From: Candidatus Omnitrophota bacterium
GTDB lineage: Bacteria > Omnitrophota > Gorgyraeia > Pluralincolimonadales > Pluralincolimonadaceae
DNA: 64,000 nt
Direction of reading: 5' to 3'
Assembly: GCA_028716565.1 (NCBI GenBank)
Contig: JAQUPL010000007.1
Span: 10,819-74,818, forward strand
Made by a program: the position numbers and the translations under genes. The notes under the pieces were generated by a model. The model was not told where the DNA came from and searched no databases. It worked only from the letters and a program-made list of their open reading frames with translations. The first letter of the stretch is position 1. Each line of letters begins with the position of its first letter. Positions 37,916 to 47,661 of the stretch are shown here, piece by piece.

Positions 37916-38754
37916 GCTTTCCCCCTCCCGTGCCTTAAATAATGATATAAGTATTCCTGCGCGTATCCGGCGTAGGCGCCGAAACGTTCCCGCGCGAACT
38001 CCGCGGCTTTCTTAGGCGCCACGGTCTTCCCGTCAAAATATAACTCCTCGATGCCCCTCTTTATCCACACATCTACCGGAAAGGCCTCATATTTCTTGAA
38101 CGAAAAGAGCAAAACACAATCCGCGACCTTCCCGCCCACGCCCTTAAGCGACATCAGCCTTTCCTTCGCTTCCGTATAGTTTAAATCCTCGAGCGCATCC
38201 AAGTCAAACTTTTTCGAGGAGACCTTCTGCGCGGTATCCTTTATATACGCGGCCCTGAAACCGAGCCCCAATCCCTTGAGGGCCTTTATACCGGCCCCGG
38301 CGATACGCGAGGCAGGAGGAAAGGAATAACCTTCCGTCCCGCCAAAGGAGAGCCTCTTGCCGAACCTTTTCGAAAGGCCTGCTATCATCTTTTTTATGCG
38401 CGGGATATTGGTATACGATGAAAGGATGAACGAGGCGAGGCACTCCCACCGGTCCTGGTTCAATATCCTGAGGCCGCGGTATTTTTTTATGGCCTTTTTG
38501 ATGTGCGGGTCTGCGCCTATTTCCTTATATATGCGTGGCAAGTCCTCATTGAGCCCAAAATAATCGGCTATCTTATCCCTGTTGACGGGGGAACCGGTTT
38601 CTATGGCGAGAGCGCGGCCGTCAAACGCGACTTTGACAAGCGCTTCGCCTATCACACCGGCGTAAAAATCACCGGAGCGCTCCCACCGGAACGCCTGGCC
38701 GCATTCCAACGTATGTTCGAGGTTAAAATCAGAGACGGGTAAGCTTAATCTCAT
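37912..38754 (-). CDS. 8-oxoguanine DNA glycosylase / DNA lyase (Ogg-type HhH-GPD)
   Basis: N-terminal [15 protein letters not shown]; Hh[19 protein letters not shown] ... FPVDVWIKR. Confidence 0.7.
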   Translation of the reverse strand: MRLSLPVSDFNLEHTLECGQAFRWERSGDFYAGVIGEALVKVAFDGRALAIETGSPVNRDKIADYFGLNEDLPRIYKEIGADPHIKKAIKKYRGLRILNQDRWECLASFILSSYTNIPRIKKMIAGLSKRFGKRLSFGGTEGYSFPPASRIAGAGIKALKGLGLGFRAAYIKDTAQKVSSKKFDLDALEDLNYTEAKERLMSLKGVGGKVADCVLLFSFKKYEAFPVDVWIKRGIEELYFDGKTVAPKKAAEFARERFGAYAGYAQEYLYHYLRHGRGKA

Positions 38755-39302
38755 TTTACTTTAGGAAGGACTATCCCCTGTTGCGCCTGGTATTTTCCTT
38801 TTCTGTCCCTGTACGTGACTTCCGGCGCTTCGTCGCATTCGTAAAAGAGGAGCTGCGCGATGCCTTCTTTGGAATAGATCTTTGCGGGATGCGGCGTCGT
38901 ATTGCTTACCGCCATGGTGAGGTAACCCTCCCAGGTCGGTTCGAGCGGACTGATATTCACGATCACCCCGCAACGGCAGTATGTGGACTTGCCGAAGCAG
39001 ATGGCGATCACCCTTTCCGGCATCTTGAAGTATTCCAGCGAACGCGCGAGGACGAACGAGTTCGGTGGGATGACGCACTCTTTTCCCTTAAAGTCGACGA
39101 AAGAGTGCGGGTCGATATGCTTTGGGTCTACTACGGGATTTCCAGTGCCGACGAATACCTTGAATTCGTCATGGACCCTTATGTCATAACCGAAACTCGA
39201 GAGGCCGTAACTTATACCCTCTGAGACCTGATGGTCGATAAAAGGTTCAATCATCCCGGCCTCGAGGGCCATCTTTTTGATCCAGCGGTCAGGTTTGATC
39301 AT
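38751..39302 (-). CDS. dcd: dCTP deaminase
   Basis: [21 protein letters not shown] ... GYDIRV dUTPase-fold Dcd pattern. Confidence 0.85.
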   Translation of the reverse strand: MIKPDRWIKKMALEAGMIEPFIDHQVSEGISYGLSSFGYDIRVHDEFKVFVGTGNPVVDPKHIDPHSFVDFKGKECVIPPNSFVLARSLEYFKMPERVIAICFGKSTYCRCGVIVNISPLEPTWEGYLTMAVSNTTPHPAKIYSKEGIAQLLFYECDEAPEVTYRDRKGKYQAQQGIVLPKVK

Positions 39303-41630
39303 TTAACCGCACTTGGAATAGCCGCACGCTTTGCAGACCATACAGCCTTCTACATGCTGGAGCGCGCCGCCGCAATCCGGGCAGACGCCTACGACATTGC
39401 CGAGTTTGCTCTTCGTCTTCACGGCGGGTAATTCTTCGGCCTTTACTTCAGGTTCTGTCTGGCCGGCCTGGGCGGCTTGGGCATCCTGCGCTTTCTTGTT
39501 CAACAGGCGCCTTTCGACGACCTTGGCGATAGCGTCGGCGCAGGAGAATATCCTTCCGCCTTTCTCCCAAGAGGGATTAGGGCATCTTATCCCGCTCAAC
39601 TGCTCTATTATAGAATGAGTATCGAGTCCGCAGCGCAGCGCAAGGGAAACAAGCCTGCTTATCGCCTCGAGCTGGCTTGCCGCGCAGCCGCCGGCCTTGC
39701 CCATCTGCGTGAATACCTCGAACGGCATCCCGTTCTCACCCTCATTTATCGTGATATAAAGGTTACCGCAGCCTGTGAGTATTTTCGTGGTCGTACCCCT
39801 GATGACCTCAGGCCTGGGACGGGGCGAAGTGCGCGCCTTCTCTTCGGGCTTCGCTGCCGTGGCCTCGACCCCTTCGGCGTTCTCCGCGTCAGGTTTCTCT
39901 TTAGTGCGGGCGATATAAAGGACTTGCTCTTCGCGGCTGCCGTCGCGGTATATGGTCACGCCCTTGCATCCCATCTTATAAGCCAACAGGTATACTTCGT
40001 GCACATTGTCCGGCGTCGCGTTATGCGGGAAGTTGACCGTCTTCGAAACGGCGTTATCCGTATACTTTTGGAAAGCTGCCTGCATCCTGATATGCCAGAT
40101 CGGCGTTATGTCATGCGCCGTGACAAATACCCTCTTTATGTCCTCGGGGATCTCCTCTATATCGTGGAGCGTCCCTTTCTCGGCGATCTTCTGCATCAGC
40201 TCTTCGGAATAGAAACCGCGTTCTTTAGCGACGCCCTCGAATAACCTGTTGACCTCGACCAGTTTCGTCTTATCCATTACCTCGCGGTAATAGGATATGG
40301 CGAAGACCGGCTCGATGCCGCTCGAGGTATCGGCGAGTATGGAGAGTGTCCCGGTCGGGGCGATAGTGGTCAGTGTGGCGTTCCTTAAGCTGGGCCCGTC
40401 GGAATAGACGGAACTCGAGAAGTTCGGGAACGGCCCGCGCCTTAACGCGAGCGCGTGGGCTTCCCTCCTCGATTCTTCCTGGATGAACGACATAACCTTT
40501 TCTGCCAATTCTATCGCTTCGTCGGAATTGTACGGGACGCCGAGCTTTATGAGCATCTCGGCGAATCCCATGACGCCGAGGCCGATCTTCCGGTTGGTCT
40601 TGGTCATCGTCTCGATCTGCGGGAGCGGGAACTTGTTCATGTCGATGACGTTATCGAGGAAATGGACCGCGAGTTTCGTCGTCCGGCGCAGCTTCTCCCA
40701 GTCGAGCTGTGGAGAAGCGGCATCCATGTCCACCATCTTAGAGAGGTTTATCGAGCCGAGGTTGCAGCTCTCATAGGGAAGCAGGGGCTGCTCGCCGCAC
40801 GGGTTCGTCGATTCGATCGCGCCGATCTTCGGCGTCGGGTTCGACTTGTTTATCCTGTCGATGAATATTATTCCCGGCTCGCCGTTCTTCCAGGCCCTCT
40901 TGACTATCATTTCGAATACTTCGCGGGCCTTCAGGTGCCCGAAGACTTTCTTGTTGTGCGGGGCAATGAGGTCGTATTCCTCGTCGCGCTCGACCCTCTT
41001 CATGAACTCTTCGGTGATCGCGACCGAGATGTTGAAATTCGTTATGTCCTTGTCCGTCTCTTTGCATTTTATGAAATCGAGGATATCCGGATGGTCGATA
41101 CGCAGTATGCCCATGTTCGCGCCGCGGCGCGTGCCGCCCTGTTTTACGGCGTGGGTGGCAGCGTCGAATACTTTCATGAATGACACCGGGCCGCTCGCGA
41201 TGCCGCCGGTCGTCTTTACCATCGAGTTGGCCGGGCGCAGCCTCGAGAAAGAGAACCCGGTGCCGCCGCCGGAACGATGGATGAGCGCCGTGTTCTTTAT
41301 CGCCTCGAATATCGATTCCATGGAATCTTCCACCGGCAGGACGAAACACGCCGACAGTTGCTGCAGCTCGCGTCCGGCGTTCATCAGGGTCGGTGAATTA
41401 GGCAGGAAGTCCAGGTTGTATATTACGGAGTAAAATTCATCCTCAAGCTTTGCCACCTTATAATCTGGATCATAATATGAGTCCGCTGAAGCTATGTTAT
41501 GCGCTACGCGCCTGAAGAGCTCCTCCGGGGTCTCTATGACGCGGCCTTCCGAGTCCTTCATTAGATAACGTTTTTCCAGGACTTTTTTGGAATTGGCTGA
41601 TAAGCCATTCTTGATACCCGTATCCCCCAT
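39303..41630 (-). CDS. nrdJ: class II (adenosylcobalamin-dependent) ribonucleotide reductase
   Basis: About 775 aa with NrdJ architecture and C-terminal zinc ribbon (CPDCGG ... CMVCKACGYSKCG). The ORF-track start is TTG at 41666; the ATG at about 41630 (MGDTGIK) sits behind SD GGAAAGGAGGG. Confidence 0.9.
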   Translation of the reverse strand: MGDTGIKNGLSANSKKVLEKRYLMKDSEGRVIETPEELFRRVAHNIASADSYYDPDYKVAKLEDEFYSVIYNLDFLPNSPTLMNAGRELQQLSACFVLPVEDSMESIFEAIKNTALIHRSGGGTGFSFSRLRPANSMVKTTGGIASGPVSFMKVFDAATHAVKQGGTRRGANMGILRIDHPDILDFIKCKETDKDITNFNISVAITEEFMKRVERDEEYDLIAPHNKKVFGHLKAREVFEMIVKRAWKNGEPGIIFIDRINKSNPTPKIGAIESTNPCGEQPLLPYESCNLGSINLSKMVDMDAASPQLDWEKLRRTTKLAVHFLDNVIDMNKFPLPQIETMTKTNRKIGLGVMGFAEMLIKLGVPYNSDEAIELAEKVMSFIQEESRREAHALALRRGPFPNFSSSVYSDGPSLRNATLTTIAPTGTLSILADTSSGIEPVFAISYYREVMDKTKLVEVNRLFEGVAKERGFYSEELMQKIAEKGTLHDIEEIPEDIKRVFVTAHDITPIWHIRMQAAFQKYTDNAVSKTVNFPHNATPDNVHEVYLLAYKMGCKGVTIYRDGSREEQVLYIARTKEKPDAENAEGVEATAAKPEEKARTSPRPRPEVIRGTTTKILTGCGNLYITINEGENGMPFEVFTQMGKAGGCAASQLEAISRLVSLALRCGLDTHSIIEQLSGIRCPNPSWEKGGRIFSCADAIAKVVERRLLNKKAQDAQAAQAGQTEPEVKAEELPAVKTKSKLGNVVGVCPDCGGALQHVEGCMVCKACGYSKCG

Positions 41631-41655
41631 AACCAAACCCTCCTTTCCAACCGCC

Positions 41656-41684
41656 AGTATAGTCAACCGCTAGTATCGTGTCAA
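41656..41684 (-). promoter_or_regulatory. sigma70-like promoter for nrdJ (TTGACA, 17 nt spacer, TATACT on the minus strand)
   Basis: RC of 41679..41684 = TTGACA; RC of 41656..41661 = TATACT; SD and ATG follow. Confidence 0.5.
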
Positions 41685-41691
41685 GGAAAAA

Positions 41692-41707
41692 ATACTATAT
41701 ATTGTGT
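41692..41707. promoter_or_regulatory. NrdR-box-like palindrome ATACTATATATTGTGT (14/16 to the ACACTATATATAGTGT consensus)
   Basis: Immediately upstream of the -35 of the nrdJ promoter. No second strong box and no nrdR in the window. Confidence 0.3.
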
Positions 41708-42014
41708 TTTCCGTCGGCAAAAACCCCCTATTTTGTGTTTTTCGCGTTATATAGAGGGCTTCTGCTCCCCGTTTTCACGGGGACAAATTTTACTTGCCCT
41801 TTTAGGGTAGGTTACTTCTTGGGTTTCTTCTTTCCGCAACCGCATGATCCGCACATCGCATCTTCTCCTCTGGTTCGACTTCGCTCACCATCCCTTGAAC
41901 TATCCCGAACGCTCCGAGGGATTTTTAGCCCTTGCGTGTCCGGCCATAATTATACCATCTTTTTTCAATTCCGCAATAATATCTTTTCCCCGCCGCTTCT
42001 TCTTCGCGGGCCTT

Positions 42015-42764
42015 CTATTTTTTGGCTTTGCCCTGGTTGGCGACGGCTTCCATGGCTTTCTTTACTTCTTCAGGATCGCCGAGATAATAATGTTTGATCG
42101 GCTTCAGGTCGTTGTCGAGTTCGTAGACAAGCGGCAGGCCTGTAGGTATATTAAGTGCGACTATGTCCTGGTCAGATACGTTATCGAGGTATTTTACGAG
42201 CGCCCTTAAAGAATTGCCGTGCGCCGCGATAATGACGCGTTTGCCGGATTTCACGACAGGCGCAATCGTTTCGTGCCAGTAAGGAAGGAATCTAGCGACC
42301 GTATCTTTGAGGCACTCGGTCAACGGTATTTCGTTCGGATTTAAGTCTTTGTAGCGCGGGTCTTTCGCCGGGCTGCGAGGGTCGTCTTTTTCTAATGCCG
42401 GAGGCGGCGTATCATAGCTGCGGCGCCACACCAAAACCTGCTCTTCGCCGAACTTCGCAGCCATCTCGGATTTATTGAGGCCTTGTAGCGCGCCGTAATG
42501 CCTCTCGTTTAAGCGCCATGAATTATATACGGGTATCCACATCAGGTCCATCCCGTCGAGGGTTATCCAGAGCGTCCTTATCGCCCTCTTGAGGACCGAT
42601 GTGAACGCGACGTCGAATACGAATCCTTCCTTCTTTAATACCTCTCCTGCCTTCTTCGCTTCGTCGAGGCCTTTCTCGGATAGGTCGACGTCTGTCCAGC
42701 CGGTGAAACGGTTCTCCTTATTCCAGGTACTCTCGCCGTGGCGAAGTAATACGACTTTATACAT
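42015..42764 (-). CDS. gpmA: 2,3-bisphosphoglycerate-dependent phosphoglycerate mutase
   Basis: [27 protein letters not shown] and the rest collinear with GpmA. Confidence 0.9.
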   Translation of the reverse strand: MYKVVLLRHGESTWNKENRFTGWTDVDLSEKGLDEAKKAGEVLKKEGFVFDVAFTSVLKRAIRTLWITLDGMDLMWIPVYNSWRLNERHYGALQGLNKSEMAAKFGEEQVLVWRRSYDTPPPALEKDDPRSPAKDPRYKDLNPNEIPLTECLKDTVARFLPYWHETIAPVVKSGKRVIIAAHGNSLRALVKYLDNVSDQDIVALNIPTGLPLVYELDNDLKPIKHYYLGDPEEVKKAMEAVANQGKAKK

Positions 42765-42889
42765 TTAATTCTCCTTTATGAAATATGGTCTAGGGTTGCT
42801 GCGGGTGACTGCCGACGGAGCCCTTGGCCCTGTTGCACGAAGCAACAGGGACGAGGTGCTCGGCAGGCAGGACCCGCTCGTACCTTATA

Positions 42890-44875
42890 TTATATCTTAA
42901 ACGCTTCCTCAAATTCAATATCATCTAAACCCTCTCCCGCCCGTTCTACATCCATAAACCGTTCCAGGATACTTCCCTCTTTGAGAAACCGCGAGACCTC
43001 GGTGAATATAGATCCGGTATTGCCGCCGGCATAACTCTTCATCCAGCGGGCAGAGCGGTCTATCGCGGGTTTCAGGAGGACTAAGTTCTCTTTCGCGCGC
43101 GTAGCTGCCACGTAAAACAGGCGGCGCTCCTCTTCTATCGCGTCGTTATCGTCCATGGACTGGTACGACGGCAGATGTCCCTCGGCCACGTATATGACAA
43201 AAACCGTGTGCCACTCGAGCCCCTTCGCCGAGTGTATCGTCGAAAGCGTCATCGCGTGGTCGTGTCTGCCCCGTAAGCCCGCCTCGAGGACGCTCTTCTC
43301 CGGCGGCTCGAGCGCCATGTCGGTCAGGAAAGTCTCGAGCGATTTATACCTCGAGGCGATGCGCTCCAGCGAATTCAAGTCCGGCGCGCGCCTGTGGAAA
43401 TCGTCGTATTTCGCCTTGAGCAGAGGATCGTAATATTTCAGGAATTCTTTCAGGAGTTCAACGGGCGGGTATTTCCCGGGTTTCAATTCTTTCAGCATAT
43501 CGATAAGGTTTACCAGGTCTTCTGATTTTTTTAAAATGTCCTTGTCGACCTCCAGGCCCTTATTTTTTTCTATCATCTGCTCGGTTATCTTCGCGGCGGT
43601 CTTCTGCCCGATGCCGCGCATCAATAACAAGGCCCTGTGCCAGCTCACCTGGTCGTCAGGATTTTGAGCGATACGCAGGTATGAGATGACGTCCTTTATA
43701 TGCGCCGCCTCGACAAACCTCTGCCCGCCGTATTTTACGAACGGGATATCGTGGTTGGCAAGCTCGATCTCAAGGTCGTTCGAATGCCAGCCTGCGCGGA
43801 AGAGCACTGCGATCTCCTTGAGCATGACGCCCTCATCTACCAGTTCGATTATTTTCTGGACGATATACCTGGATTGGGTGTTTTCATCGCGCGCTTCGAC
43901 GAATACCGGGGATTTCCCTTCGCGCTTCTTGGTGAAAAGGACCTTCTCGAACTTCTCCTCGGCGTTCTTTATGACCTCATTGGTCAGGTCGAGTATCTGC
44001 TGGGTCGAACGGTAGTTCTCCTCCAGCATTATCACCTTCGCGCCCCTGAATACCTTCGGGAAGTCTATGATGTTCTTGAAATTCGCGCCGCGGAACGAAT
44101 ATATGCTCTGGGAATCGTCGCCGACAACCATGACATTATCGTGCTCCGATGCCAGCAAGCGCACGATATCCGCCTGCAGCCTGTTCGTGTCCTGGTATTC
44201 ATCGACCATTATATACTGATACTGTTCCGAGAGCCTCGAGCGGACGTCTTTGTGTTCATGGAGCAGCCTTTTTAAAAACACCAGCAGGTCGTCGTAATCC
44301 ATGAGCGACTTCTCGCGCTTGTATTTGATATAGCCCTCTTTTATCTTCTTTATCGCGCTCTCCCATTCGACGAACTGCGGGTATTCGAGCTCGAGGACCT
44401 TTCCGATGTCGTCTGATTTGTTGACGGATTTTGAGATGACGTCAAGGAGCGCCCCTTTGCGCGGGAAGTGCTTCTCGAGATGGTCGAAGCCGAGCTTGAC
44501 GCGCACGATATTTACCGCGTCCTCGGCGTCGGATTCGTCCATTATCGTGAAATTATTGGGATATTCGACCAGCTTCGCGTATTTGCGCAGGACCATATTG
44601 GCGAATGAGTGGAAGGTGCCGCCGGCGACCCTTTCGCAGCGGTCGTCCAGCAATTTCGCGGCGCGGCGGAGCATCTCTTCGGACGCCTTGCGGGTAAAGG
44701 TAAGCAGTAATATCCGGTCGGGCTTGATTCCTTTTTCAACGAGGTAGGCCACGCGGTAGACGAGCGTGCGCGTCTTCCCGCTGCCTGCCCCGGCGATGAC
44801 AAGATGCGGCCCTTCAGTGGACTCGACCGCTTTAAACTGGGCGGGATTTAATTCTCTTTTATAATCTATCTTCAT
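42890..44875 (-). CDS. ATP-dependent DNA helicase (UvrD/PcrA/Rep family)
   Basis: LNPAQFKAVESTEGPHLVIAGAGSGKTRTL ... helicase motifs I through VI. Confidence 0.9.
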   Translation of the reverse strand: MKIDYKRELNPAQFKAVESTEGPHLVIAGAGSGKTRTLVYRVAYLVEKGIKPDRILLLTFTRKASEEMLRRAAKLLDDRCERVAGGTFHSFANMVLRKYAKLVEYPNNFTIMDESDAEDAVNIVRVKLGFDHLEKHFPRKGALLDVISKSVNKSDDIGKVLELEYPQFVEWESAIKKIKEGYIKYKREKSLMDYDDLLVFLKRLLHEHKDVRSRLSEQYQYIMVDEYQDTNRLQADIVRLLASEHDNVMVVGDDSQSIYSFRGANFKNIIDFPKVFRGAKVIMLEENYRSTQQILDLTNEVIKNAEEKFEKVLFTKKREGKSPVFVEARDENTQSRYIVQKIIELVDEGVMLKEIAVLFRAGWHSNDLEIELANHDIPFVKYGGQRFVEAAHIKDVISYLRIAQNPDDQVSWHRALLLMRGIGQKTAAKITEQMIEKNKGLEVDKDILKKSEDLVNLIDMLKELKPGKYPPVELLKEFLKYYDPLLKAKYDDFHRRAPDLNSLERIASRYKSLETFLTDMALEPPEKSVLEAGLRGRHDHAMTLSTIHSAKGLEWHTVFVIYVAEGHLPSYQSMDDNDAIEEERRLFYVAATRAKENLVLLKPAIDRSARWMKSYAGGNTGSIFTEVSRFLKEGSILERFMDVERAGEGLDDIEFEEAFKI

Positions 44876-44885
44876 CCCTAATTAT

Positions 44886-44935
44886 GGTGACAGTATACTT
44901 AATTCCCGGTTATCCATAATTAAGTATACTGTCAC
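44886..44935. repeat. REP/MITE-like palindromic element copy 2 (GGTGACAGTATACTTAATT ... AATTAAGTATACTGTCAC)
   Basis: 18-bp stem, 13-nt loop with TTCCCGG. Same core as 2994..3041. Overlaps the NUDIX stop codon and precedes the helicase gene. Confidence 0.8.
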
Positions 44936-45366
44936 TGAATTTCCTTTCGGGCTTTTTCGACCATCTGGCGTTCGGAGGGATAAGTCATTATCTTTAAGGC
45001 CTCTTCTACCGGCATCCAGCGGACTTCTTCGGCGTCCGTGTCGTGGTCCGCGGTGTTCCCCGATTCGAATCTTACGAGGTAGAAATATACCGTCTTGTGG
45101 ACGCGGGCCTTGTCCTCATCCGAGTAGAACCAGTAATTTATCTTCCCGAGTTCCTTCCCGATGGAGCCGGTAAGGCCTGTCTCTTCCTTGATCTCGCGGA
45201 GGGCCGCCTGCTGGGGGGTCTCGAGTCTCTCTATCTTTCCTTTGGGAAGGCAGAATATCTTTCCTTCGCCGCGGGTCAGGACAATGACCTCCGTTTCGGC
45301 GCCTGCATTGCGGTATACTACGCCGCCCGCAGAAAATTGTAATTTAGTATTCATATGTCCGCTCAT
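44932..45366 (-). CDS. NUDIX hydrolase
   Basis: NUDIX box GKIERLETPQQAALREIKEETG. Confidence 0.8.
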   Translation of the reverse strand: MSGHMNTKLQFSAGGVVYRNAGAETEVIVLTRGEGKIFCLPKGKIERLETPQQAALREIKEETGLTGSIGKELGKINYWFYSDEDKARVHKTVYFYLVRFESGNTADHDTDAEEVRWMPVEEALKIMTYPSERQMVEKARKEIQ

Positions 45367-45390
45367 GGTTGTCCCCCCGGGACAACCATG
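45364..45390 (-). promoter_or_regulatory. perfect 12-bp hairpin (CATGGTTGTCCC ccc GGGACAACCATG) sequestering the NUDIX start codon and putative SD
   Basis: On the mRNA: CAUGGUUGUCCCGGGGGGACAACC-AUG. The AUG and the G-rich SD are inside the stem-loop. Confidence 0.45.
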
Positions 45391-45415
45391 TCGTCATAAC
45401 TTCCATAAAGGGGAC

Positions 45416-45533
45416 TCCAAAAAAAAGGCCTCCTTCATTACCTCTGAGGTGAGCCGACATACAGCACCACCGGGCAGCTTGAAACCGCCCAACCGTCGAC
45501 ATTCTAGTCGAAGGCAATGAAGGAGGTCCGGGG
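45416..45533 (-). terminator. structured RNA-like element closed by an 11-bp long-range helix and followed by U8 (minus strand); terminator or small ncRNA
   Basis: Minus strand: CCUCCUUCAUU (45526..45516) pairs with AAUGAAGGAGG (45439..45429) enclosing 76 nt with internal hairpins (UCGACUAGAAUGUCGA; GGGCGGUUUCAAGCUGCCC). UUUUUUUU then follows (45426..45419). Confidence 0.35.
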
Positions 45534-45540
45534 AGACTTA

Positions 45541-45747
45541 TTATTGCTTCTCTTTCTTCTCTTCCAGGGAGTCTTTTATCTCGCCGATCCCCGCGAAGAC
45601 CGCGAGCAACCCGCCGAGTAAAAGTATTATGACCAGCCCGGATTTGAGGAAGCCTACTATATAATCTTCCCACCAATTTATCAGGCCAACCACTCCGAGG
45701 ACGATGGCGATCAGTCCGCCGATTATTGAGAGATATTTGCTCACCAT
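45541..45747 (-). CDS. small membrane protein (68 aa, 2 TM)
   Basis: Two hydrophobic helices, K/E-rich tail. Confidence 0.4.
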   Translation of the reverse strand: MVSKYLSIIGGLIAIVLGVVGLINWWEDYIVGFLKSGLVIILLLGGLLAVFAGIGEIKDSLEEKKEKQ

Positions 45748-45809
45748 CTGCCTCCTAAAACGTCCATTTCAAAAGAACCATTAGAATTATATCACCCAAA
45801 AAAGCTTTG

Positions 45810-46295
45810 TCAAGGGATTTTATAACCGATTTTTCTTAAGAGGTCCTTCCGCCATTTGATCCCGGCTTCGTCCTCTATCCCCTTCGGTTTCGCGCCGTCT
45901 ATCACGCCGAGGATGCCCCTGCCGTTCTCCGATTCGGCGATGATAAGCTCGACCGGATTGGCCGTCGCGCAATAGATCCCGCATACCTCCGGGATATTTT
46001 TTATCGCGTTGAGCACGTTTATCGGATAGGAATCCTTCATTATTATAATAAAGCAGTGCCCCGCGCCGATCGCGAGCGCGTTCTTCTCTGCGAGCCTCTT
46101 TAGCTCCTCATCCGTGCCTGTGGACCTGACAAGGCACGCGCCGGAGGATTCGCAGAAAGCCATGCCGAATTTTATTCCCGGCACAGCGCCGGCCATCGCC
46201 TCGTGGATATCCTCGACCGTCTTTATGAAATGCGACTGGCCGATTATGATGTTATATTCCGCGGGTTTCTCTATTTTTACGGTCTTCGTTTCCAT
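45810..46295 (-). CDS. adenosine-specific-kinase-like family protein (tentative)
   Basis: 161 aa; the overall pattern (VKIEKPAEYNIIIGQSHFIKTVEDIHEA ... ) recalls the archaeal/bacterial adenosine-specific kinase family. Assignment from memory only. Confidence 0.4.
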   Translation of the reverse strand: METKTVKIEKPAEYNIIIGQSHFIKTVEDIHEAMAGAVPGIKFGMAFCESSGACLVRSTGTDEELKRLAEKNALAIGAGHCFIIIMKDSYPINVLNAIKNIPEVCGIYCATANPVELIIAESENGRGILGVIDGAKPKGIEDEAGIKWRKDLLRKIGYKIP

Positions 46296-46305
46296 AGGTC
46301 CCTCC

Positions 46306-46761
46306 TTACCCTAATTTCGCGAGCTCTTCGGCGACCATCTGGCTGAGCATCTTGCCGTCAGCGGCGCCCTTTGCTTCCTCCATCGCGGCCTTCATGACCT
46401 TGCCCATGTCGGCGCGGCCCTTCGCCTCTACTGACGCGATCGCGTTCTTGACGATCGGTTTTAGCTCATCAGCAGACAGCATCTTGGGCATATACGATTC
46501 GAGTATCTTAAGTTCTGCCGCCTCTTTTTCAACGAGGTCCTGCCTGTTCCCCTTCGTGAAACCGTCGATGGAATCCTTATGCTGTTTTATCTGCTTAGAT
46601 ATGATGCCCGTCACGTCCTTGTCCTCGAGCTTTTCTGCCTTCTTCTCTATCTCGAGGTTCTTTATCCCCGCTTTGAGCATACGCAGGGTCGAGAGCCTTA
46701 TCCCGTCCTTGGCCTTCATCGCTTCCTTTATGTCAGTGTCGATCTTTTCCGCAAGAGTCAT
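46306..46761 (-). CDS. GatB/YqeY-domain protein
   Basis: MTLAEKIDTDIKEAMKAKDGIRLSTLRMLKAGIKN parallels YqeY. Confidence 0.8.
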   Translation of the reverse strand: MTLAEKIDTDIKEAMKAKDGIRLSTLRMLKAGIKNLEIEKKAEKLEDKDVTGIISKQIKQHKDSIDGFTKGNRQDLVEKEAAELKILESYMPKMLSADELKPIVKNAIASVEAKGRADMGKVMKAAMEEAKGAADGKMLSQMVAEELAKLG

Positions 46762-47471
46762 TTCTTGTCCCCCTTTTTATATACGAGTTTCGATATCCAA
46801 ATGGAAAGTTCATACAAAACCAGCATCGGCACCGCCATCAGGCACTGGGTGAACGCGTCCGGCGTCGGCGTTATTACCGCGGCGGCTATGAATATTACGA
46901 TTACCGCGAACTTCCTGTTCCTGTTCAGGAATGAAGGAGTGACTATCCCGAGTTTTGACAGTATCATCACAACGACAGGCAGTTCAAATGCTATCCCGAA
47001 GGAGAGAAGCATCATTATCACGAAAGACAGGTATTCCGATATCGAAAGTATCGGAAATACATTATGGTCGGGGAAATTGATAAGGAACCGCAGGGCCCAC
47101 GGAACGACAAAACTATACGCAAACACGACGCCGCCTAAAAAAAGCGTGGCGGAAAACGGGAGCGCGAACATCACTACCTTTTTTTCTTTTTCATTAAGAC
47201 CGGCCGAGACAAAGGCCCAGAGCTGGTAAAGTACGACCGGTGACGCCAAAAAAAGCCCCGCAATAAACGCCAGCTTGCAGTATTCCAGGAAGGCTTCGGC
47301 AGGAGAAAAGAAATTCAAGTGGTCTACCGATGGGAACATGAGCAATGACAGGATAAGCCGGACTTTCCAGAAAGCCAGTGCCGAGCAAATTACCACAGCC
47401 GCCGCCGATACCAATATGCGCCGGCGGAGCTCATCGAGATGCTCCACGAGTGTCATCTTGCTGTCAGCCAT
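46758..47471 (-). CDS. tatC: twin-arginine translocase subunit TatC
   Basis: LVEHLDELRRRIL ... six TM helices; TatC family. Confidence 0.9.
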   Translation of the reverse strand: MADSKMTLVEHLDELRRRILVSAAAVVICSALAFWKVRLILSLLMFPSVDHLNFFSPAEAFLEYCKLAFIAGLFLASPVVLYQLWAFVSAGLNEKEKKVVMFALPFSATLFLGGVVFAYSFVVPWALRFLINFPDHNVFPILSISEYLSFVIMMLLSFGIAFELPVVVMILSKLGIVTPSFLNRNRKFAVIVIFIAAAVITPTPDAFTQCLMAVPMLVLYELSIWISKLVYKKGDKK

Positions 47472-47483
47472 TTTAAAGGAGGG

Positions 47484-47648
47484 TTATTCTTTTTTGGATG
47501 ACTGGGAATCGTCGTCTTTCATCGCCTTCTTAAACTCATTGATGGCCTTGCCTAATGAGCGGGCGATCTCGGGAAGACGCGCCGCCCCGAAGACGAGGAG
47601 GACGATGATAAGGATGATGATCAATTCCGGGAAACCGATATTGAACAT
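47484..47648 (-). CDS. tatA: twin-arginine translocase subunit TatA/E (54 aa; below ORF-track cutoff)
   Basis: Manual translation [54 protein letters not shown], with the canonical F-G hinge and amphipathic helix. Immediately upstream of tatC. Confidence 0.8.
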   Translation of the reverse strand: MFNIGFPELIIILIIVLLVFGAARLPEIARSLGKAINEFKKAMKDDDSQSSKKE

Positions 47649-47661
47649 TTATACCTCCGTG

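Noticed and set aside
41667-42014. Possible cobalamin riboswitch in the 350-nt nrdJ leader
   Set aside because: No B12 box (GCCACTG) or conserved core was found on the transcribed strand. B12 riboswitches normally control B12-independent RNRs, not nrdJ.
2994-44935. The two palindromic repeats as ends of a 42-kb composite transposon
   Set aside because: The intervening DNA is dominated by conserved housekeeping operons (mla, fol, pur, nrd). Each repeat is itself a self-complementary hairpin at a gene end, so REP-like elements are the better explanation.
45416-45533. SRP/4.5S RNA
   Set aside because: Size and the end-pairing helix are compatible. The conserved domain IV motifs (AGGUCAGG ... 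GGAAGCAGCC) are absent. Only a GGUGCUGU-like stretch is present.
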